From the NCBI RefSeq assembly GCF_001194135.2, contig NC_068994.1, positions 56,926,473 to 56,958,502 on the forward strand: DNA of 32,030 bases. Reading direction: 5' to 3'. Each line of letters starts with the position of its first letter. Position 1 is the first letter of the stretch. Made by a program: the position numbers and the translations under genes. The notes under the pieces are model-generated. The model was not told the origin of the DNA, did no database searches, and was given only the letters and a program-made list of their open reading frames with translations. This document shows positions 22,799 to 32,030 of this stretch, one piece after another. The DNA is from Octopus bimaculoides (taxonomy: Eukaryota).

Positions 22799-22920
22799 CG
22801 GCCGTTTCGAGCGGCTCCATTTAATCGATCAATGAAAACATTACATCTTTCTAATTACATTCTCTCAAATTGATGTAATGTTTTCATTGATCAATTAAAT
22901 GGAGTCGCTCGAAGCGGCTG
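22799..22920. mobile_element. Tc1/mariner-type MITE (fold-back), TA-flanked
   Basis: TA|CGGCCGTTTCGAG...CTCGAAGCGGCTG|TA. Arms 22795-22847 and 22872-22924 match at 49 of 53 positions, with a 24-nt spacer; a second decayed arm lies at 1300-1354. Confidence 0.75.
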
Positions 22921-22973
22921 TAATGTATAGATACCTGGCCATCTTTATTACTTATTTACATTATATATATGCC

Positions 22974-23016
<43 letters not shown>

Positions 23017-23272
23017 NNNNNNNNNNNNNNNNNNNNNNNNNNNNNNNNNNNNNNNNNNNNNNNNNNNNNNNNNNNNNNNNNNNNNNNNNNNNNNNNNNNN
23101 NNNNNNNNNNNNNNNNNNNNNNNNNNNNNNNNNNNNNNNNNNNNNNNNNNNNNNNNNNNNNNNNNNNNNNNNNNNNNNNNNNNNNNNNNNNNNNNNNNNN
23201 NNNNNNNNNNNNNNNNNNNNNNNNNNNNNNNNNNNNNNNNNNNNNNNNNNNNNNNNNNNNNNNNNNNNNNNN
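23017..23272. other. Assembly gap in (TA)n
   Basis: Run of N. Confidence 1.
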
Positions 23273-23282
23273 ATATATATAT

Positions 23283-23669
23283 GGGAGCAGGAGTGGCTGT
23301 GTGGTAAGTAGCTTGCTTACCAACTACATGGTTCCGAGTTCAGTCCCACTGCGTGGCATCTTGGGCAAGTGTCTTCTATTGTAGACTCGGGCCAACCAAA
23401 GCCTTGTGAGTCGATTTGGTAGACGGAAACTGAAAGAAGCCTGTCGTATATATGTATATATTTGTGTGTCTGTGTTTGTCCCTCCACCAATGCGTGACAA
23501 CCGATGTTGGTGTTCACGCCACCGTAACCTAACGCTTCGGCCCTAAGCGACCGAGGGAATAAATAGTACGCTTACAAAAAGTAAATCTTGGGCTCGATTT
23601 GTTCGACTATAGACCGTGCTCCAGCATGGCTGCAGTCAAATGACTGACACAAATAAGAGAATAAAAGAG
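23283..23669 (+). mobile_element. SINE family B, full length
   Basis: A-box-like TGGCTGTGTGG, B-box-like GAGTTCAGTCC, CORE-like cttgggcaagtgtctt (inference), internal microsatellite, tail gtgctccagcatggctgcagtcaaatgactgacacaaataagagaataaaagag. Confidence 0.92.
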
Positions 23670-24019
23670 TATATATATAAATAAAAATGTCTCCTCGATC
23701 AAATCCCACCGAGAAGACAACAACAAGCAATCAACAAAGAATGACAATCAACAACAGCGAAAGCAGCAACAACCACAACATCAAAATCGCGCGTTGAAGA
23801 CATGGCTGTTGTGTGTAGCTAATTAATTAGTTACCTTTGCCTTGGAATCTATTGAAATGCTGATAGCACTAATCTCACCTAGCTGCCTCTTACCTCTCCT
23901 CCGCTGGAATATAATCACGCACAACACCAGCGATACGTATTCACTCACTAGTAATGGCTGCTCTGGAAAACTATCACTTACACACATTTGGATGCACACT
24001 CTTGAATTCACCTGATTTC

Positions 24020-24087
24020 ATCTATCTATCAGTCTATCTATCTACCTGTCTTACTATCTATCTACCAATCGATTTATCTATCTATCA

Positions 24088-24181
<94 letters not shown>

Positions 24182-24300
24182 ATGTATCTATCTATCTATC
24201 TGTCTACCTGTCTGTCTGTTTATATATATATATATATATAGATAGATAGATAGATACATAGATACATAGAGATTTATATATAGATATGTATAGATATAAA
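24020..24300. repeat. TCTA/TC/TA/TG/GATA compound microsatellite
   Basis: Direct reading. Confidence 0.93.
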
Positions 24301-24450
24301 GCTATATAAGATAGATTTATACACATGTATGCATGCTCGTCTGTACGTATTTATCGATGTATATATAAGTGCATATATTTTTGTATATATGAATGTTTAA
24401 ACATATTTATCTATGCATGATTGTTTAAATGTTTGCACATACATCCACGC

Positions 24451-24471
24451 ACTCTCTCTCTCTCTCTCTCA

Positions 24472-24528
<57 letters not shown>

Positions 24529-24884
24529 TCATATTTATATGTCTGTGTGACTGTATGCATATATGTGTGTGTAAGAGCATGTTTTGTTTTTGTGTATCTG
24601 TGTAGACGCGTATGCGTGTGCATGCGCGCGCATCTACATCTATTACAGATGACGTGCATTTAAACATTGAAGAATTTTCCACACATGAATACACTTAAAC
24701 ATATTTACGCTACTTGCAATAATACAGTCACTCACACACGCATGCACACTCACACAAACACACAGATTTGCACACGCACGCACGTACACACACACACATA
24801 CAGACACGCACGCCCACACAGATTCGCACTCGCACGCACACACACACACATGCAGACACGCACGCATTCATACACAAACATGCA

Positions 24885-24942
<58 letters not shown>
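24451..24942. repeat. (TC)n-(CA)n and degenerate CA-rich field
   Basis: Direct reading. Confidence 0.9.
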
Positions 24943-24945
<3 letters not shown>

Positions 24946-25086
24946 ATTCGTGATTTCCTAATAAAATCAAAGCAATTTTAAAATGTGAGAAATACATGAT
25001 CAGAAAGAGAGTAGGAGGAATGAGGAAGAGGTTGAGAAAGAGAAGCAGGTGGAGGAAGATTAGCAGAGAGAAAAGTGGAAAGGACT

Positions 25087-25092
25087 AGAGAG

Positions 25093-25168
<76 letters not shown>
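25087..25168. repeat. (GA)n microsatellite
   Basis: Direct reading. Confidence 0.97.
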
Positions 25169-25173
<5 letters not shown>

Positions 25174-25504
25174 TGAAAGGGAGAGAGAGTGAAATGTTCT
25201 CATCTAGTAATCGATACAAGGTGAAAAGAAATGTTAAAGCTAATTGGAAGATTGATAGAAGAGGTAATGTTGCAGACGAACTGCGATCAATATACAGCTG
25301 CAACAATAGATTTTGCATTATCAAAATCAATTAAGAATACATTTTCTAAGGTATCGAGGTAAATTGCTTTAGTTGCTGCCGAAACGTTCCGGATGTCATG
25401 TGTAATGGTTCGCTACCAGTCTTCTTCCCTCCGTTTACATTATTTAGCTACGAGTGAAAACCCATCACAAGCTCATGTACATAATTAATGAAGAGATATC
25501 TCTT

Positions 25505-25675
25505 CTCACCAGCAGCAGCAGCAACACCACCGCCTCCTGCAACCGCCATCTCCACCGCCTCCAACGCTGCCATCCCCGCCGTCGCCACCGTCGACGTCAC
25601 AGCATCAACATCGGCATCACCATGATCTCTGTCACGACCATCGTACGTACACCCACCGTCACCACTAATGCGCCA
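25505..25675. repeat. Degenerate CAG/CCN/CAY trinucleotide low-complexity tract
   Basis: Period-3 mosaic of cag, cac, ccg and cat units. Confidence 0.75.
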
Positions 25676-26045
25676 CCTGGAAACAAAGATTTCTAAACGT
25701 GATTTATGAAATTCAATTAATAGTTTTGGCTGAACGCAGGTTGAATTGTACTTATAGAGCTGAGTCAATTAGCTGATGCGTCTGCTTGATCCGAGTTCAG
25801 TTTCTAGCTGTAGGTTTGTATTTTCGAGTCTACAATAATTAATCACTGTCGCAAAACTAATGACTGATTTCTTTCTATTTATTACCTTTTTCCAAAAATT
25901 GTTTTAAAATATGATAAACACTTATGTTTGTCCCCAAAAGGAGGTGACAATAAATCATAAGCTTTCTTTAATGTACAGTTAAACAGAATCATAACAAAAG
26001 GATTAGGGAACACGGACGCATTAGGGATTGATAATAGAGAGTAAC

Positions 26046-26250
26046 GGCGACGAGCTGGCACAATCGTTAGCACGCCGGACGAAATGCCTCTCGGTGTTTC
26101 GCCCGTCGCTCCGTTTTCATTTCAGATTCCGCCGAGGTCCATTTTGCATTTCATCCTTTCGCGGTCGATAAATTAAGTACTAGTTGCGTCGATCGAAACG
26201 ATAGGCGCCCTCCTCCCAAATTTCAGGCCTTGTGCCTAGAGTAGAAATTC
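26046..26250 (+). mobile_element. SINE family A, full length, beta tail
   Basis: ggcgacgagctggcacaatcgttagcacgccggacgaaatgc..tttcatcctttcgcggtcgataaattaagtac..caaatttcaggccttgtgcctagagtagaaa. Confidence 0.9.
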
Positions 26251-26257
26251 ATGTAAA

Positions 26258-26478
26258 GGCGGCGAGCTGGCAGAATCGTTAGCAAACTGGACAAATTACT
26301 TCGTGGCATTTCGTCTGTCTTGAGGTTCTGAGTTCAATTTCCAAAGAGGTATATTTTGCCTTTCATCCATATGGGGAGGGGGGGTCGATAAAATAAGTAC
26401 TACTTGAAAACTGTGGTTGATTTAATCGTCTTGGATTCTCACCCAAAACTGCTGTCCCCGTGTCAACATCTCAAACCA
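26258..26478 (+). mobile_element. SINE family A, full length, gamma-like tail
   Basis: ggcggcgagctggcagaatcgttagc..ttctgagttcaatt..gcctttcatcc..gggtcgataaaataagtac..tcaaacca. Confidence 0.88.
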
Positions 26479-26782
26479 AAATTAGATAACGTATTGAGGC
26501 AACAAGCCTATACAATCATTAACTTGCCGGTCAAAATGCTTAGATACGTTTAGTCCAACTCTTTACATGCTAAATTGCTTTACATGCGAAATGGCTGCCC
26601 TTGCTACAAAATTTGAAACGATTTTAAATAATATAGTAATTTTGGTTTAGAAATGTTGGCACAGGGACAGAAATTAAAGACAAAAGGCAATATACTTCAA
26701 TAACAATATAGTAACAAAAAGAGTTAATGTGATAGAAATATTAGTCCACAATGCCTTCGATCCCACATATATTGAATAATGT

Positions 26783-27110
<328 letters not shown>

Positions 27111-27702
27111 TGAATTAAAAAAAATGGAACAGCCTTGTGCTACTGAAGAGAAATCGATGTTTCCTGTAGCTATCTCTACGGAAGATAACGAACCTGATAA
27201 TACGAACATCGATTATTATTATAGTGAGTTAGTAAAATCCATGGGAAAAAAAAACCCAACGCATTTAATTAAATATGACCCAGTAATCTATATAACTTTA
27301 GGTCAATTCCGGCAATCAATCATATATGAGGAAGATAATGAAATTGTGTTAATATCTATTCTAATACAGTTTGTGTCGTTCATACAGTTGCTCTCTCCCA
27401 TGCTAAAGCATATCATCACATCGATCAGGATATTATAGTCTTATTTAAATGATAATACGTCCTACGTAAACTCAATGCACAAGACAACAATGGAAGTTGA
27501 CATCGGTATGTTCGCCTACCGATATTACTATCTAAGGAAACCCGGATCATATTCCTTAGACTCCACGCTAAGGTGCACGGGAGACTTCACCAATCCTATC
27601 AGCCGCGGAACAACCGCTCAGAAACGAGGCTGCATATAGCATGATCGTCGCTGCTTCTTCTTTTTTTTTTGTGTATGTGTTTTCGTTTTTTAATACGTAA
27701 TA

Positions 27703-27730
27703 TAGGCGTAGGGGTGGCTGTATGGTAAGC
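27703..27730 (+). mobile_element. SINE family B head stub
   Basis: ggcgtaggggtggctgtatggtaagc. Confidence 0.6.
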
Positions 27731-27769
27731 AATAAATCTCACTTTAGAGAATGTAGAATACATTCTTTT

Positions 27770-28094
27770 ATTCTTTAATTTCTTTCAGTCATTTGACAGC
27801 GACCATGCTGGATTACCGCCTTTCGTTGAAGAAATTAACCCCAGATCTTATTCTTTGTAAGCCGAGTTCTTATTCTAGTTATCACTTTTGCCGAATCGCT
27901 AAGTTACAGGGACGTAAACGCACCAACATCGGTTGTCAAGCGATTATGGGAAACAACACACACACACATACACACACGCGGGCTTCTTCCAGTTTCTGTT
28001 TGCCAAATCCACTCACAAAGCTTTGGTTGGCCCGAGACTATAGTAGAAGATACTTGCCAAAGGTTCCACGCAAGCTTCTTACCACATAGCCACG

Positions 28095-28097
<3 letters not shown>
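27770..28097 (-). mobile_element. SINE family B, near full length, deletion in head
   Basis: ttcagtcatttgacagcgaccatgctgga..ttttgccgaatcgctaagttac..ccaaatccactcacaaagctttgg..cttcttaccacatagccacgcct. Confidence 0.9.

Positions 28098-28134
<37 letters not shown>
28097..28134. repeat. (TA)n abutting the SINE-B head
   Basis: Direct reading. Confidence 0.97.
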
Positions 28135-28138
<4 letters not shown>

Positions 28139-28922
28139 CCATCTTGTTGTTTAAGCTTATGTCCATTTTGATTGGAGCGATATATGCGTATTGATGTTAC
28201 AACTGTGACCATTCGATCTTTTTTATATTAAAGAATATATGTTTACTTCCAGTGTACCCTTGTGTAATTTTATATTACTGTTCATTAATAATGTGTTATT
28301 TAAGGGTTGTTTAGCTGCTATTTCTTCAAGGCTGAGTGACTTCTACGGGCTTCTTCATTGGCTTCAAATCCTATTAATCTTTAATACTTAGGTTGTGGGC
28401 AGTTGATATCACGTGACGAGGCGTGTCCTACGATATACAAATTGCATTAATTATACATCTCATCTAGATATTAATCATTCTAACGCGAATAAACGAACGG
28501 AGTGACTTAGCTATAGGCTGCTGTTTTATTTTTACTTCAAATGAAATACGATTGTTTTTGGGGGTTTTTTATTTTTGTTTTTTGGTGGAGTTTTGTTTTT
28601 CAATTCATCAAAACAAGATTTCTTTGTTAGTTGAAATAGTGCTCCAGCATGACCTCAACCGTATTCTCTTTCATAAACTTAAGAATTGAACGAAAAAAAA
28701 TATTTAATAAAATAAAATAAAACAAGTTGGCTTATTTCTATCTCTGCATGACTTTTCTCACGTTTGAGGGGATTTTGTACATGTGACCTTTAGAAAAGAT
28801 TTAATTTTTATAAAGATTCTTCCTGGCACCTTGCAAGAATATTTCCATCCTGAAGTTCACCATTTTGAAACATGATCGAGTCAGAAACCAAGTTATAAAG
28901 TTTACTTACAGCTCTTCTTAGG

Positions 28923-29026
28923 TTATTGCTGTTGTTGTTGTTGCTGCTGCTTTTGCTGCTGTTGTTATTGTTATTGTTGGTGTTGCTGGTGTTGCTGTCA
29001 TTGTTGTTGTTGTTGCTGTTGCTCCT
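28923..29026. repeat. (TTG)/(CTG) trinucleotide tract
   Basis: Direct reading; explains the poly-L ORF 28926-29150. Confidence 0.93.
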
Positions 29027-29344
29027 GTTTAGTCGCCAGGGTGGTCGTGACTCAATAGAATTATGCAGTGTAAGGACACTTCAGACATATGTTTATTGTT
29101 TTCGTATCAGGCACAATCCATCTAGGAATACCTTATCTAATGTCTCTTAGAAATAACAGCTAAATCTTCCTTACATTATAATAATAAATCGTTTTGGGAA
29201 AGGAAAGGCAACACTGGAGAGTTAAGACAAAGCTATGCAATAAAAAAGAAATATGCGAGGTGGGCACACTTGGAATCACCCACAGTTAACTATGGACTAC
29301 ACAACAACAGTAACATCAACACTAATGTCAGCAACAGCAATATT

Positions 29345-29925
29345 CTTTTTTACTCTAGGCACAAGGCCAGAAATTTGGGGGAGGGGGCCAGTCGATTAGA
29401 TCGACCTCAGTATGTAACTGGTACGTAATTTATCGACCTCGAAAGGCAAAGTCGACCTCGGCAGAATTTAAACTCAGAACGTAAAAACAGACGAAATACA
29501 GCTCAACATTTCGCCCGGCGTGCTAACGTTTCGTATTTCTTTACTACTCATAGAGGGGACAAACGGATTAAGTCGATCATACCGACCCCAGTGCGTAACT
29601 GGTACTTATTTAATCAACTCCGAAAGGATTAAAGGCAAAGTCGGCCTCAGCGGAATTTGAACTCAGACCGTAGCGGCAGACGAAATACCGCTAAGCATTT
29701 CGCCCAGCTGCTAACGTTTCTTATTTCTTTACTGCCCACAAGGGGCTACACACAGAGGTGATACACAAGGACAGACAAACGGATTAAGTCGGTTATATCG
29801 GTCGTAGTGAGTAACTGGTACTTATTTCATCGACCTCGGCGGAATTTGAACTCAGAACGTAGTTGCAGACGAAATACCGCTAAGCATTTCGCCCGGCGTG
29901 CTAACGATTCTGCCAGCTCGCCGCC
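29345..29925 (-). mobile_element. Head-to-tail trimer of SINE family A (units 29925-29721, 29720-29533, 29532-29345)
   Basis: Three consecutive head/core units. Only the first carries GGCGGCGAGCTGGCA; units 2 and 3 start at GAAACGTTAGC directly after a tail ending AAAGAAATA(A/C). Confidence 0.92.
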
Positions 29926-30186
29926 TTTAACATTAACAATATCAGCCCTAAAGTAAAGACCAAATACAACCCACGGGCAAGAATTTCGTTCAGTTATACA
30001 AACTTACAATTGCTACTGTGACCAAGACAAATATTTCAACTCCTGTTCAAAACGAAACTTGATTTTATATTTTATACGTTGAAATTTAATTTTAAAAGTA
30101 ACTAAATACCAAACATTTTACATTTCAGAAATTATTTGTACATTTAGTTTGAAAAATCTACTTCTCACACTACATAATATGCTTTT

Positions 30187-30674
30187 NNNNNNNNNNNNNN
30201 NNNNNNNNNNNNNNNNNNNNNNNNNNNNNNNNNNNNNNNNNNNNNNNNNNNNNNNNNNNNNNNNNNNNNNNNNNNNNNNNNNNNNNNNNNNNNNNNNNNN
30301 NNNNNNNNNNNNNNNNNNNNNNNNNNNNNNNNNNNNNNNNNNNNNNNNNNNNNNNNNNNNNNNNNNNNNNNNNNNNNNNNNNNNNNNNNNNNNNNNNNNN
30401 NNNNNNNNNNNNNNNNNNNNNNNNNNNNNNNNNNNNNNNNNNNNNNNNNNNNNNNNNNNNNNNNNNNNNNNNNNNNNNNNNNNNNNNNNNNNNNNNNNNN
30501 NNNNNNNNNNNNNNNNNNNNNNNNNNNNNNNNNNNNNNNNNNNNNNNNNNNNNNNNNNNNNNNNNNNNNNNNNNNNNNNNNNNNNNNNNNNNNNNNNNNN
30601 NNNNNNNNNNNNNNNNNNNNNNNNNNNNNNNNNNNNNNNNNNNNNNNNNNNNNNNNNNNNNNNNNNNNNNNNNN
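30187..30674. other. Assembly gap
   Basis: Run of N. Confidence 1.
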
Positions 30675-30706
<32 letters not shown>

Positions 30707-30885
30707 TATATACATAAAGATAGATTGATTGATAGATAAATAGATAGATAGACAGATACAAATATATATAAGTGCGTATATATGCATATATACATATACA
30801 TATATATATGCTTATATATAGATATGAATATGTGTATTTATACACATATAAAGATATACATATAGATAGATTGATTGATAGATAA

Positions 30886-30940
<55 letters not shown>

Positions 30941-31290
30941 CAAATATATATATAAGTGCGTGTGTATCTCTGTCACACGCACATACACACACTTTCTCTC
31001 TCCGTATACACACACGCACAGACATACGTATATACACACATACAGGTATAGATGCATGCATAGATACGTCCATCCTTAAAAACACTCATACAAATACAAA
31101 TGTACATATTTCATACGCATATATACAAGTAGACACATATAGATACATGACTGCATATATACATAAATACTTACACATACACACACAAAGACACATTTAT
31201 ATATCTGTGTATATGCACGTGTATGTGAGTGCCTGTGTGTGTCTATGTATGTGCCTGTGTGTGTGTGTGCGTGTGCACGCGCTATGACCG
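30675..31290. repeat. TA/GATA/CA/TG degenerate microsatellite field
   Basis: Direct reading. Confidence 0.9.
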
Positions 31291-31719
31291 CTAATAACTT
31301 ATTACATAGAGACATTTTAGCATTTTTTGCAGGCTCTTACAATTTTATAAAACAACAAAATAACGCAATATTTACCTCATTGTAAACATTAAAAACAAAA
31401 AGAACAATATATATGTATATATACAAAATACAGAGCTCCGTTTTTTTTGTATATATTATTTTGATTTCTTATCTTTGATTTGTTTTTTTTTATGTTTTAA
31501 TTTTGTTTAGTGTTGTTTTTCTTTGCTTGTCTAAAAACAGCCATTAAAATACTTTCAAATGTTGATAAATAGTTTATATCTAAATTCGCGTTGACAAATG
31601 GACCGCACATTTATTTATAACGTTTCGAAATAGCAACCTAAATGCGTATACAGGAATCTCCTTCTATCTCTGCCTCTTTCTGTTCTTGCACCTATCTATC
31701 TACCTGTCTATCTATCTAA

Positions 31720-32030
31720 CAACCGTTACGTGGAGGACTGGGGATGCCGTGGTTAATGATGCGCAGACATGCGCTGAGACTGCGGCATCTCTGGAACTTC
31801 ATTGACGACGGTGAACAGGTGTGGGCGCCGTTTGTGAGGCACGCCTTCCCGCAGCTCGTCTCACTCACCGAACTGCAAACATGGATCAGGAAGAGACCGA
31901 AACTGGGCGAATGGCACCGCGAGTGTCGCCAAGCTCTACAACAGCTCTGCCGTCCGGGATCAAACTTGTGCAACTTCCAAACGACCAATGCGTTCTATAG
32001 AGGACTAGTGGAGGGGAGGTCTGACGACAC
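31720..32030 (+). mobile_element. 5'-truncated L1/Tx1-like LINE ORF2 fragment (region after the RT domain), open to the window end
   Basis: Stop-free 103 codons: QPLRGGLGMPWLMMRRHALRLRHLWNFIDDGEQVWAPFVRHAFPQLVSLTELQTWIRKRPKLGEWHRECRQALQQLCRPGSNLCNFQTTNAFYRGLVEGRSDD. P..GGLG.P.L followed by a LR.LW..W segment is typical of L1/Tx1-clade ORF2. GC content rises abruptly relative to the flank. Confidence 0.75.

Noticed and set aside
25448-25768. GC-richer Q/P/H- or A/V-rich frames
   Set aside because: Degenerate trinucleotide tract; the Q/P/H frame is short and stop-bounded, with no clear splice pair.
29345-29925. CRISPR-like or satellite interpretation of the repeated units
   Set aside because: Units are about 190-bp SINE copies without unique spacers, in a eukaryotic context with no cas genes.

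Overview
Eukaryotic, AT-rich, microsatellite-dense draft-assembly sequence with seven N-gaps. The repeat families look like those of octopus (cephalopod) genomes; this is an inference from memory, not a database result. I find no confidently supported host protein-coding gene. Nearly all listed ORFs are artefacts of microsatellites, gaps or SINEs, so the window is probably intronic or intergenic. Supported content: (i) many copies of three tRNA-headed SINE families, called A, B and C here; (ii) two real non-LTR retrotransposon ORF2 fragments, an RT N-terminal piece at 14393-14680 (-) and an L1/Tx1-like piece at 31720-32030 (+) that the ORF track misses because it runs off the window; (iii) a Tc1/mariner-type MITE forming a near-perfect 53-bp hairpin; (iv) two Penelope-type minimal hammerhead ribozyme motifs, one with an intact core at 2995-3055 (-) and one degenerate at 21385-21420 (+). 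The most unusual structures are the hammerheads, a head-to-tail SINE trimer with two junctions at the same head position (29345-29925), and a SINE-RT-SINE chimera in one open frame (14315-14845). Boundaries of decayed repeats are approximate.
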